A stretch of 64,000 nucleotides of DNA, taken from the NCBI GenBank assembly GCA_963718895.1, contig CAVRAG010000001.1, forward strand, positions 10,265-74,264. The letters are read 5' to 3'. Position 1 is the stretch's first letter. The number at the start of each line of letters is the position of its first letter. The DNA is from an uncultured Nitrososphaerota archaeon (GTDB lineage: Archaea; Thermoproteota; Nitrososphaeria; Nitrososphaerales; Gagatemarchaeaceae). The position numbers were made by a program, and so were the translations under genes. Below are positions 18,800-28,071 of this stretch, piece after piece. Below the pieces are notes generated by a model that saw nothing but the letters and a program-made list of their open reading frames with translations, did not search any database and was not told the DNA's origin.

Positions 18800-20236
18800 T
18801 CAGGCGCCAATAGGTGCACGGCCTCCGACGGTCATCCTGCGCCTAAGAACGAGGTAGGACGCCACCAGAAGGAGAGTGAAGACGGTCGCTGCCGCAAGTT
18901 GATACGGATACTCCGGCACTCCTCCCCCTCCCCCCGACGTGCTTGTGGTCGAAGTGGATGGAGCGGAACCTGATGCGGTGGTAGAAGCCGTGCTAGCGGC
19001 GGACCCGGTGGAAGTCGACGTTGTGGGGGGCATGGAAGTCGTGGAGGTGGTAGAGACACTGCTCGTCGAAGCGGTCGTGGTGGTCGCCGAGGAAGAAGAT
19101 CCGTACTCCAGGACCCTGTCGTTTACACCGTCCGCGACCCAGAGGTTTCCGCCGGAGTCGAAGGCGAGGCCGGTAGGCTGGTCGATCCCTGTCGGAGTGG
19201 GCTTGATTGGGTAAGGCGCAGTGCTGGAGGTGAAGTTCGTCGCGCCAATCACCAGGCTTGCTGCTTCAAACGTGGAGAACGGCGCGGTGTACTCCAGGAC
19301 CCTGTCGTTGAGCTTGTCACCAACCCAGAGGTTGCCGCTCGAGTCGAAGGTGAGCCCGTTTGGAGCGTTCAATCCGGTGGCAGTCGTTGCGGTGCTGCTG
19401 TTTGTGAAGGTGTTCTGTCCTATCACGAGCTCGGCGGCTTCATGGGTCACGAGCGGGGTGGCATACTTCAGGACCCGGTGTCCGTCCACGACCCAGAGGT
19501 CCCCGCTGGAGTCGAAGGCGACGGAATTGGGAGCGTTCAGCCCCGCCTTGGTGACCTCGTCGTTGACTACCGTGAAGCTCCCCGCGCCTATCACGAGCTT
19601 GGCGGCTTCATGGGTGGAGAACGGGGAGGTGTACTCCAGGACTCTGCCATTGAGGAGGTCAGCAACCCAGAGGTTGCCGCTGGAGTCGAAGGTGAGGCCG
19701 TAGGGACTGGAGAGCGATGACGCGTTCGTCACGGTGTTGTCGCTCGAGGTGAAGCTGGACTGACCTATCACGAGGCTTGCAGCTTCACCTGTGGAGAGCG
19801 GCGCCTTGTATTCCAGGACCCTGTTGTTAGATGAGTCCGAGACCCAGAGGTTGCCGCTGGGGTCGAAGGCGAGGCCGGTGGGAGCGCTCAGCCCTGTCGA
19901 GGTCGTTGCGGAGTCTAGCGATGTGAAGCCCGATTGGCCAATCACGACACTGGCGACTTCATGGGTGGAGAGTGGCGCTTTGTATTCAAGAATCCTGTTC
20001 CCACCCTCATCCACAACCCAGAGGTTGTGGCTCGAGTCGAACGCGAGGTCATATGGAGCGACCATCGCGGTCGAAGTCGCCCCCGGGTTGAACGCGGTGA
20101 GGTTCGGCTCGCCTATCACAATGCTGGCCGCCTGACCGCTTGTAAACGCGAAGGCGTGAGGCGGGAATCCGAGCAGAAGGACCGACAAGAGGGCGAAGAG
20201 ACTTACGCCTATTGGCTTCCTATGAAACAGCCACAT
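18800..20236 (-). CDS. Secreted NHL-repeat beta-propeller protein with Ser/Thr linker and PEF-CTERM-like tail
   Basis: Signal peptide (AFA), six PxGLAFDxSGNLWVxDxxNxRVLEY repeats, S/T linker, then GVPEYP-TM-RRR. Confidence 0.9.
   Translation of the reverse strand: MWLFHRKPIGVSLFALLSVLLLGFPPHAFAFTSGQAASIVIGEPNLTAFNPGATSTAMVAPYDLAFDSSHNLWVVDEGGNRILEYKAPLSTHEVASVVIGQSGFTSLDSATTSTGLSAPTGLAFDPSGNLWVSDSSNNRVLEYKAPLSTGEAASLVIGQSSFTSSDNTVTNASSLSSPYGLTFDSSGNLWVADLLNGRVLEYTSPFSTHEAAKLVIGAGSFTVVNDEVTKAGLNAPNSVAFDSSGDLWVVDGHRVLKYATPLVTHEAAELVIGQNTFTNSSTATTATGLNAPNGLTFDSSGNLWVGDKLNDRVLEYTAPFSTFEAASLVIGATNFTSSTAPYPIKPTPTGIDQPTGLAFDSGGNLWVADGVNDRVLEYGSSSSATTTTASTSSVSTTSTTSMPPTTSTSTGSAASTASTTASGSAPSTSTTSTSGGGGGVPEYPYQLAAATVFTLLLVASYLVLRRRMTVGGRAPIGA
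19100..20150 (-). repeat. Six intragenic tandem repeats of about 170 bp (NHL blades)
   Basis: Recurrent acccagaggttgccgctggagtcgaagg and gtactccaggaccctg variants at regular spacing. Confidence 0.85.
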
Positions 20237-20289
20237 CTTTCAGGCGTTTATGGAGTGGGCTTGAATAATAACGTTTGCAGCGTCGCTCA

Positions 20290-21083
20290 GGCGCTGTCAA
20301 GTTAAGGGTTGAGCGATTGGTCTAGGTCTCTTGTTTCCTGACGGTATGTGGGGGATGTTTGCTCCCACGCATCATGAGTATCCAATTCCTGAGGCGTGAG
20401 AGGACACCCCTCGCTCTGATGCTCTACGGGGTGTATGTCTATCTATGCGCAAACAGTTTGAGGAGAGCATCTAGGATTCTTGAGCCTCTGGCCGAGAGGT
20501 CTCACGAGGCCATACGCCTGTGGGTCCAGAGGCTGGCTCCGGTCTGCGACGGGTTCGATGTCGAGAGGAGGCTGGTCACTGCCATCTTCGTGGACGAGAC
20601 GATGATTCGCATACGAGGAAGACAAGCTTGGGTCTGGGTCGCGTTCGAGCCCGGTCTTAGGACGTTCCTCGACTTCCGCATCTCGTACAACCAGTCCATA
20701 CCGGACGCCTACCTCTTCCTCAAGGAGCTGAGGATCAGGTACGGGAGGAAGCCGATCTGGACGGACGAGGGCGTCTGGTACCCTGAGGCGTGCAGGTGGG
20801 CGAGGCTGGAGCATCGCGTCTACGGGACCGAGCTCAAGAACCAGATCGAGAGGATGAACCAAGTCCTCAAGGACAGGATCGAGTGCTTCGACGACCTCTT
20901 CCCGTGCCTGAAGGAGGACTGCGACAGGGAGCACGTCCGCAACTGGATTCTCCGTCTTCAGGTTCTACCACAACCACGTGAGGGTGAACGGAGAGATAGG
21001 AAGAGCTCCATTGGAATACGATAACGGACCAGAATACCTGAGGTTCATCAGACTCATAACAGAGGCCTTAACTTGACAGCGCC
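20290..21083 (+). mobile_element. IS6-family insertion sequence, 794 bp
   Basis: Perfect 18-bp IRs GGCGCTGTCAAGTTAAGG (20290-20307) and CCTTAACTTGACAGCGCC (21066-21083); 8-bp direct repeat GTCGCTCA at 20282-20289 and 21084-21091. Confidence 0.95.
20359..21076 (+). CDS. IS6 family DDE transposase (frameshift near 20950)
   Basis: RSHEAIRLWVQR, IFVDET, IWTDEGVWY, NQIERMNQVLKDR. The C-terminus FRFYHNHVRVN...EALT* is in the next frame and ends inside the right IR. Confidence 0.9.
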
Positions 21084-21210
21084 GTCGCTCAGGCTCCGGA
21101 GCGTGAGTACAGGACACGCCACCATTCGGACGGTCTGGAATGATGCGTGCGCATGGGTCGCGCGGAGGGCGTCGGGACCAAGTCCAGCGGTCGTCTGGAG
21201 GGCCCCGAGT

Positions 21211-21546
21211 TCAGACTCTGTTGTAACGTACGATCAGGGCGATGAGTGCTCCCACGCTCACGAAGATCCCGCCGATGCTGGGCAGGCCTCCCGTGATTGC
21301 CGCTAGGAGCAACCCCAAGATGAGCAGGGTAACGATAACGCCGTCAGAACTCATTTGCCTGTATAGCACGAGTGAGGCTATGCCCACGATCACGGCCAGC
21401 GCCGGCCCCGCGCCGACCAGCCCGCCTGCCAGGCCGAGAAGGCCTCCGACCAACGCAATCACCCCTCCGATGAGGAGCAGGAGTCTGGCTAGGTCCCGGA
21501 TGCCCATCGATTGCGACATGCAATCCAGGTCCTGCAGTTGGTTCAT
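21211..21546 (-). CDS. Small 4-TM membrane protein
   Basis: Gly/Leu-rich hydrophobic helices. Confidence 0.6.
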   Translation of the reverse strand: MNQLQDLDCMSQSMGIRDLARLLLLIGGVIALVGGLLGLAGGLVGAGPALAVIVGIASLVLYRQMSSDGVIVTLLILGLLLAAITGGLPSIGGIFVSVGALIALIVRYNRV

Positions 21547-21747
21547 ATTGCTTCAGGAGGTCTTCTCTGACTTGAGCTTACACTAGTCTTCCCCCGAGGC
21601 AAAGGAGGCGTTGCGGCAGCTTGCGGGAGTCAACCACTGGACGGAGCGCCACCCGCGAGTCCTACGGAGACCAGTTCTGGAAGAATCGGCCTGTTCAATG
21701 CTAGGCTCGAATCTTCCGTCCTCTCTAATATCAGAGGCGGGTAGTCC

Positions 21748-22266
21748 TTGGCGATAAGATTGAGCGCAGGAACAGTCGTTGCAGGGGCAATCGCGCTCCT
21801 CCTGGGGGCCGTGGGGTTGCTCGAACTGTACGGGCACACGGTGGTGCCGGTGAACCTCGCAATCGTGAGCGCGTACTTGACCACCGACGGCGCACTTCTC
21901 CTCTTCGGGGCGATCGCGGTGGTTGGGATCGGCCTCATGGTCGGCGGTCTCGTCAGTCTGGGCGACGAGGAGGCACCTGTGACGGAAGTGCAGAAGGAGG
22001 TGGTGGTCGTGCAGCCGGTTCCCTCCTCGGCAGCATACGAAGCTCTCTCGGAGCTTGAGCTCTCGATACTCCGGTCCCTGTCCCAGGGAAGGAGCGAGGA
22101 GGAAATCGCCGCCTCGACCGGAGTCGCGCCCTCGATAGTCTCGGAGAAGGTGGCGAAACTCCAGAGCATGGGGTACATCACAGACAAGCATGCCCTCACA
22201 GAGCGGGGGTTTGAGGCCCTCCGGCTTCAGGATGTGGGAAGGGTCTACGTAAAGTCGACAGCCTAG
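21748..22266 (+). CDS. Two-TM protein with C-terminal winged HTH
   Basis: Two N-terminal TMs, then LSELELSILRSLSQGRSEEEIAASTGV...KLQSMGYI...LTERG. Confidence 0.75.
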   Translation: MAIRLSAGTVVAGAIALLLGAVGLLELYGHTVVPVNLAIVSAYLTTDGALLLFGAIAVVGIGLMVGGLVSLGDEEAPVTEVQKEVVVVQPVPSSAAYEALSELELSILRSLSQGRSEEEIAASTGVAPSIVSEKVAKLQSMGYITDKHALTERGFEALRLQDVGRVYVKSTA

Positions 22267-22303
22267 CGGACCTCCCCGGCCCGACGATGGCCCTGCGTCA
22301 CGC

Positions 22304-24085
22304 TCACGTGGACGCTTGTACGGCGGTCATCGCCGGAGCCTCGTAGACTTCTGTTGCCTCAGGATCCTGGGCGAAGAGCTCGGTGGGTGTAAGCTTGTCC
22401 ACTAGCTCCAGAAGCCTCAGGAACTCTCTTGGTATGAAGACCGAGCTCTTTGGGCTGTGCACGACGTATCCTCTGCGGAACGTCGCGAAGAACAATGGCA
22501 CGGCCATTGCCAGAGGGATGAACGGGATGATCTCGTTCACGATGGCGCCCCCGGTGAAGGACGCGGTGTAGCGGCTGATGAAGGACTGAAGTGGAGACTG
22601 GATCAGCAGAGAGACGAGCAGTAGGGATGTCGCCCCCAGGCCCATCCACAGTATCTGCCAACGAGACCTCGTGTGAGGGGTGATCTTTGTGATGTCCTTC
22701 AGCGGGAGGACGACGGTACGAAGGTCGCGGTCGCTGAATCTCACTATCATCCTCCTGTTTGTCAGGACCACGGTCATCCCGCCGCTCACCAGGGATTCGA
22801 GACTCTCCTCGTCGACGGCCATGCCCTCGCGCAGCCTTTTGTCGTCCGAGCGCTCCTGGGCCAGACCCTCGAGGCGCTTTGCGAGGGAGTGAGTCAGCCT
22901 TGTAATCGAGAACTTTCTTGCCTCCCTGCTTGCGTTCCTGCCGAGTCTCCTTCGGAGGGACTCGTTCTGGGAGAGCCTCAGTACAGCTCGCACCGCGCCG
23001 TCGACGTCTTCTGGACCGTCAAGGACTATGCCGTTGAAGCCGTCCCTGACAATCCACTGCTGGCCGCCTGTCCCCGAGGTGATGACCGGTACTCCGTTCC
23101 ACATGAACTCGAGTTGCGCTATTCCCAGTGCTTCGGAGCGGCTCAGTATGAGGTTCATGCTCGACGACCCGATCAGGGCCGCCTTCTCCTCGTCGGTTAT
23201 CGGACCGAGAATCGTGACGTTCTCCAGTCGTTCGGCCTCCGCCCGTACCTTCGCGCCGTAGTCACCCTGTTCTAGGCCGGCAATCACGAAGTGAACGTTC
23301 CTCCTCTGAGTCATGCGCTTTGCGACCTCGATCACGCCGAGCGTGTTCTTCCGCTCCTCGACCGTTCCGAGCGAGGCCACGATCTTCGCGCTCTTCGGGA
23401 TGTTGTATCGGTTCAGGATGCCTTGATCTACATCCGAGTCTATGGTCTCGTCGACCCCTCCCGGGAAGAGGAAGCATTTCGCCTCGCTTGCGCCGAGTCG
23501 CTTGACCTCCTCCTTCTCGGAGGGCGAGGTAACGAGGATCAAATCGGCTTCCGTCACAATCTGCGACAGGCTCGTTTCGTTCCAGGCCTGCCTGAACGTC
23601 CGTTCGACTATCGTGTATCGCTCCGGGCTGGGCTCTTGGAAGTGGCTCATGTGGCAGTAGATCGGTGCGATCTGGGGGACGCCCCCGCGCGAGAGGTTCC
23701 TCCGCCATTCGATGAACTTCAGGACGTCCTCCGGGCCGTTCCACAGCGTTGAGTGCGTTATGAGGACGTTGATCTTGAGGTCGTCGACTATCTTGGCGAG
23801 GGTGTCTATGAAGTCCAGGATCGAGACCCGCCGGGGGGGCCAGGACGTCAGCATGCTCCCCAGCCTTATCACGGGTATCCCGAGCATCTCGTCGAAGACA
23901 TGGACGAAGCCGCCCCTGCTGGCCACCGCCTCCTCTGAGATCGCCAACGTCCCGTCGTGGTATAGGCTCGTGATCAGAAACGCCTCGTATCCCTGGGCCC
24001 TGAACTCCCTGACCATCCTCTGGGAGACGAGCTCCTGCCCTTTGGTCAAGCTCGTCCGGTACATGACGACACCGATTCTGAGCAA
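22304..24085 (-). CDS. GT4 family glycosyltransferase with C-terminal membrane extension (candidate trehalose-6-phosphate synthase)
   Basis: LGTVEERKN and SRSEALGIAQLEFMWNGVPVI (EX7E); extra region of about 180 aa with LTNRRMI and two TMs. Confidence 0.85.
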   Translation of the reverse strand: MLRIGVVMYRTSLTKGQELVSQRMVREFRAQGYEAFLITSLYHDGTLAISEEAVASRGGFVHVFDEMLGIPVIRLGSMLTSWPPRRVSILDFIDTLAKIVDDLKINVLITHSTLWNGPEDVLKFIEWRRNLSRGGVPQIAPIYCHMSHFQEPSPERYTIVERTFRQAWNETSLSQIVTEADLILVTSPSEKEEVKRLGASEAKCFLFPGGVDETIDSDVDQGILNRYNIPKSAKIVASLGTVEERKNTLGVIEVAKRMTQRRNVHFVIAGLEQGDYGAKVRAEAERLENVTILGPITDEEKAALIGSSSMNLILSRSEALGIAQLEFMWNGVPVITSGTGGQQWIVRDGFNGIVLDGPEDVDGAVRAVLRLSQNESLRRRLGRNASREARKFSITRLTHSLAKRLEGLAQERSDDKRLREGMAVDEESLESLVSGGMTVVLTNRRMIVRFSDRDLRTVVLPLKDITKITPHTRSRWQILWMGLGATSLLLVSLLIQSPLQSFISRYTASFTGGAIVNEIIPFIPLAMAVPLFFATFRRGYVVHSPKSSVFIPREFLRLLELVDKLTPTELFAQDPEATEVYEAPAMTAVQAST

Positions 24086-24091
24086 ACCATG

Positions 24092-24841
24092 TCACTTCCT
24101 GCGGACGCCCGGGAGCGCGGGAGAGAAGACCATCTCCTTCTCGGACAGAGCCCCGAGAAACGCCGGAAGGTCCGAGAAGCTGACCAGATACTCACAGTCT
24201 AGGCCTTCGGTCGGCTGCCCGTGGGCGACCCCGATGGCTATGTCCGCCTCGCGGAAGGCGCTGTTGTCGGCTGGAGAGTCGCCCAGGTAGATCGCCCTGC
24301 CCTCCACGTTCGAAGCGTCCTTGATTCGAATCATCGCGAGGCCCTTGTCGGGCTGTTCGCAGAACGCGTCCACGAAGGGGTTGGGGGGGTAGTAGCTGAC
24401 GCAGTATCCCCCACTCGATAGAGCCGTCATGGCCGCCTCGAGGTTCGCAGGTGCGCTTCCTCCCCTCCAGTCGGCTGAGAATGCGAGCAGCTCGCCCGAG
24501 GAGTTCCTCTTCTCCTCGAACGCTACCGCCGGACCAAGCATGACCTTCGCGGCCGACAGGCCCGACTCCATCCCTCGGCAGGCCGAGACGGTGATCTCCC
24601 TGCCATCTGGGAATCTGATGTCCAGCCCGGAGACGCAGGCCCAGGCGTGGGCATAGCTGATGCGCGGAAAGATGAACCCGAAGCTCTTCGAGGTGATGAC
24701 GGCAAGCGTCGCCTTGCTCGACACAGTCATGAGTGCTGAATCCAGAGACGGAGGGATCCTGGATTCCGACAGAGGCGCGTCGATGGGGGCCAGCGTCCCG
24801 TCATAGTCGGTACAGACGAAGCGTACCCCGTCGTCGGTCAC
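24092..24841 (-). CDS. HAD phosphatase, trehalose-6-phosphate phosphatase-like
   Basis: DYDGTLAPI, AVITS, DKG, YLGDSPADNSAF. Confidence 0.85.
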   Translation of the reverse strand: MTDDGVRFVCTDYDGTLAPIDAPLSESRIPPSLDSALMTVSSKATLAVITSKSFGFIFPRISYAHAWACVSGLDIRFPDGREITVSACRGMESGLSAAKVMLGPAVAFEEKRNSSGELLAFSADWRGGSAPANLEAAMTALSSGGYCVSYYPPNPFVDAFCEQPDKGLAMIRIKDASNVEGRAIYLGDSPADNSAFREADIAIGVAHGQPTEGLDCEYLVSFSDLPAFLGALSEKEMVFSPALPGVRRK

Positions 24842-25719
24842 TCGGCCTCTGCCTCCAGCCCTCTGTGGATGGCTATGATCTTCGTGAGGATCTGCGACTT
24901 CATGATGGCGTGGTCCTTCTCCTTGGCGTTCAGGACCACCTTCACGATGTAGTACTGCTTGTCACTCTGTTCGTTGACCATTACGTTCAGCATCGGGAAC
25001 CCCTTGAGGGCGGCCGAGACCAGCTGCAGGACCTGGCTCGGATCGTTCCGGATGTGGAACTCATACCTCACGTTGAATATGTAGTCTCTCTCGGTGTACG
25101 ATACTACCGCGGCGTCGGTAGCGAGAATTGCGTTGGGGATTTTCATCTGCTGACCCTCCTCGGTGACCACCGTGGTGAAGAAGAGCCCTACGGAGGACAC
25201 CTCTGACATGTAGCCGGCATAGATGGCGTCAGGGGAGAAGTACTTGTAAGCGGGATTGTAGGCCCACTGAAACGGTATGTGCCACGAGAGAATCCTCACC
25301 TGGGAACCGGCCCTCACCGTTCCCGTCAGCAGGATGAGCAGTCCGGCGAAGAAGCTACCTAGCGTCGGTTGAAGGGCGAGTCCCAGCACCAGCCCACCGA
25401 AGGCCGCCCCCGCTAGGATCGTTGTCGCCGAGATGGTTGCGAATGAGACGGCAGCGAGGGCGGACAGCGTGTATCCGACGATGGAGACGACGTTCCCCAG
25501 GATGAGTGAGGTCCTTCCGAGTCTGGGCCTCAGAGCCTGAGACGCTGCCATTGCGACCTCCCTGGAGAGGATGACTCCGGCGATCAGGACGAAGCTGGCA
25601 TCCAGGAACCTTAGCGAGTAGGGGTAGGCCGCAAGTACCGAGTTGAGGTCGATGATGGCGATGCCGGCTATGAATACGAGACAAATCGCGACGATCGGTC
25701 TCCTGAAGTAGTACTGCAC
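24838..25719 (-). CDS. Small-conductance mechanosensitive channel (MscS family)
   Basis: GLVLGLALQPTLGSFFAGLLI, VGLFFTTV..EEGQQMKIPN. Confidence 0.9.
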   Translation of the reverse strand: MQYYFRRPIVAICLVFIAGIAIIDLNSVLAAYPYSLRFLDASFVLIAGVILSREVAMAASQALRPRLGRTSLILGNVVSIVGYTLSALAAVSFATISATTILAGAAFGGLVLGLALQPTLGSFFAGLLILLTGTVRAGSQVRILSWHIPFQWAYNPAYKYFSPDAIYAGYMSEVSSVGLFFTTVVTEEGQQMKIPNAILATDAAVVSYTERDYIFNVRYEFHIRNDPSQVLQLVSAALKGFPMLNVMVNEQSDKQYYIVKVVLNAKEKDHAIMKSQILTKIIAIHRGLEAEAE

Positions 25720-25919
25720 GCCAAGCGTCGGTTCCTACGGGACGCCCGGCTAAAGCCATTCTGGACGAATTCTAGTTATGAAAGACCCATAACATGAGAG
25801 GCCTTGAGGCGAGAGCCCGGGCACTTCACGACGTGCCCGAGCTCTGGAGGGTCAATCCCTAGAAGTCTAACGGTACTTTGTCCGTCTCCCTTTAACAGCA
25901 TCTTCGATGTCGCAGGACG

Positions 25920-26459
25920 ATGAGCCGCGGGGAGTTCGCGGTCCCTCGAAGTGTTAGGACCGAGCGTGCGTTCAGGAGGATCCTGCTCGTGGTCGATGCT
26001 CCCAGGGATAGCGGCAGAGCCATCGAGGTGGCCATCAGACTCGCTGGCATGAACAGGGCCCAGTTGATAATAGTGCACGTCGAGCCAACCGGGGTCCCGC
26101 TGGTCGCTCCCATGGGGCTCGGCCCGCCAGTCATCGTCCCCAGGCTCTATTTCGAGGCGGAGCGGGAGAGAAAGGGGCGCCAAACGAACTGGCTCGCCAG
26201 GCTTGTGGAGGTCGCTGAGGCACGGGGCGTCAGGGCGACCATGGACGTGATCGATGCTCAGGGTTCGATAGCTGAGGAAGTGACCAAGAGGGCGTACGAG
26301 GAACAGGTAGACCTTGTTGTCATTGCCGAGGAGGCCCCGGGGCTACTCGCCAGGCTGGTCCGCGGCACCCTCTCGGCTGCGATCACGGAAAGCGCCGAGT
26401 GTCCCGTCCTCGTCGCCCGCGGACCCCGTAGTGTCACTCACTCCCGAGGAGAGGCCTGA
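25920..26459 (+). CDS. Universal stress protein (UspA family)
   Basis: FRRILLVVD, LIIVHV, VDLVVI, AECPVLVAR. Confidence 0.88.
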   Translation: MSRGEFAVPRSVRTERAFRRILLVVDAPRDSGRAIEVAIRLAGMNRAQLIIVHVEPTGVPLVAPMGLGPPVIVPRLYFEAERERKGRQTNWLARLVEVAEARGVRATMDVIDAQGSIAEEVTKRAYEEQVDLVVIAEEAPGLLARLVRGTLSAAITESAECPVLVARGPRSVTHSRGEA

Positions 26460-26499
26460 CCATCTTCCCGATGCGGTGGAGCCGCGTCCCGCCGAGGCC

Positions 26500-27201
26500 T
26501 CAAAGGAGCGCAACAAGCTGGAGCAGGTACGGAGGGAACGCCTCGTAGCTCAGGTCGGTGAGGTACAGCAGCCCGACCCGGTCCTTGGCGCCTCTGACCA
26601 AGCCGGGGTCGAGGGAGCTCGCGTGGTGGGCGATGAACGCCCACGTCGTCTTCGGGTGGGAGGAGTGCCACCCGTCCAGGAAGGCGAGGGAGGGGTATCC
26701 CGAGTTCTCGTAGATCACGAACACATCAGCCGCTCGTCCGACGTATCCGCTGGGAACGTCCGTCCCGGGGTTCCCTACCACGAGGCCGAAGCCGCTCTGC
26801 CTAGCGTGGGACGCTACCTCTCCGTAGTGATCAGCCTCGGTCTTGGCCATCTCGTCGATGAAGACGCCGTCGAAGTTCCTCCCGTAGAGCCTCAAGTACT
26901 CGTCGATGTCGTGGGCGACCGCGACGTAGGCTCTTCTGCCGTACTGGGAGGACACGTAGGCGAGGATCTGTATGCCAGCTGACCTGAGGTCCGAGATGCC
27001 GGTGACGTAGTTGGGATCGATGATCGTGCCGGGCCCAGATCCTGGGTTGACTATGGCGAGGACGCGGACGTTCGGATTCGCCCGCTTCGCGGCGATAAGG
27101 GGCAGCCACCTGCCCTCGCCTTGAGCGGGATAGATGTACAGCGGCACGAGCAAGCCGGTCTGGGCAGGCAACGGCCGTGCCGGCCGGGCTTCCGCGTCCA
27201 A
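26500..27201 (-). CDS. Spherulation-specific family 4 (GH135-like) protein
   Basis: LVPLYIYP, IVNPGSGPG, DGVFIDE, VVGNPGT, VIYEN. Confidence 0.88.
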   Translation of the reverse strand: MDAEARPARPLPAQTGLLVPLYIYPAQGEGRWLPLIAAKRANPNVRVLAIVNPGSGPGTIIDPNYVTGISDLRSAGIQILAYVSSQYGRRAYVAVAHDIDEYLRLYGRNFDGVFIDEMAKTEADHYGEVASHARQSGFGLVVGNPGTDVPSGYVGRAADVFVIYENSGYPSLAFLDGWHSSHPKTTWAFIAHHASSLDPGLVRGAKDRVGLLYLTDLSYEAFPPYLLQLVALL

Positions 27202-27342
27202 TCCGCCCGGACTGAGGGTGCGTCCGATATAAACGTGGATTTGGGCCCCGGGTGGGTGTCTCGTCGGGCTCTGTGGCTCCGATAGCCCCTTTCACAGGGT
27301 CTGATGCAAGGAACATAAGGGAAGGTCTGACGAGCGTGCCCC

Positions 27343-28029
27343 ATGGAAGTGATGGGCTACGGCCTGGTTGGTCTCTTGGAGGCTGCCTTGGCTTTGAGCC
27401 GGCCGCACTTCATGAACGCGTTCTTCTTCAGCCTCGTCGGCCTCTTTGTCATCTCACTGGTCTCGAACGCCACACCGTTCTTCGGCGCTTCCTACACCCT
27501 GATAGCCACCTCCGAACTGATAGCATTCGGTTTCTCGGTGGATGCCTTCGCGCTGGTGGTCCTCATCACCGCCGCGGGCGCGGTGATAGGGAAGCTGGTC
27601 ATCTACGGCGGCGCCGAAGCTTTCAAGGGAAGGCTGTCGAAGAACAAGAACGTCCAGCTGCTCGCGCGATGGCTGCAGGACAGGAGGTTTCTCGTGGCCG
27701 TCTTCGTCACTGCCGTGATTCCGTTCCTTCCGCTGGACGACTACATCTACATTGGCGCTGGGGCCGCGAGGACGAGGCTGGCCCCCATGCTCTCCGTGAC
27801 GGTGGCGGCGAAGGTCGTCAAGAGCACATTTGAGATCGGGCTCGAGTTCCTCGGAATACTGAAGGTCACAGGCCTGACCACGCGCTACCTGAGAATCTCG
27901 TCGTTTGAGTTCTCGATCCTATTGACGTTCGTCTTCATCGCACTAGGGATATTTCTCTTCAAGTTCGACTGGGGAAGGTTCCTCGGTGGGCCCAAGGCCG
28001 GGGATGCCGGCGCCACCCCCCTCGCCTGA
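27343..28029 (+). CDS. VTT/DedA-like membrane protein
   Basis: SNATPFFGASYT, GAVIGKLVIY, PFLPLDD. Confidence 0.75.
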   Translation: MEVMGYGLVGLLEAALALSRPHFMNAFFFSLVGLFVISLVSNATPFFGASYTLIATSELIAFGFSVDAFALVVLITAAGAVIGKLVIYGGAEAFKGRLSKNKNVQLLARWLQDRRFLVAVFVTAVIPFLPLDDYIYIGAGAARTRLAPMLSVTVAAKVVKSTFEIGLEFLGILKVTGLTTRYLRISSFEFSILLTFVFIALGIFLFKFDWGRFLGGPKAGDAGATPLA

Positions 28030-28071
28030 CGTCGCCCTTTCGGAAAGCAATCTGTGGCTGAGCTTTGACGC

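Noticed and set aside
19100-20150. Regularly spaced DNA repeats as a CRISPR array
   Set aside because: The period is about 170 bp, the copies are degenerate at third codon positions, and they are fully explained by NHL protein repeats; no cas genes.
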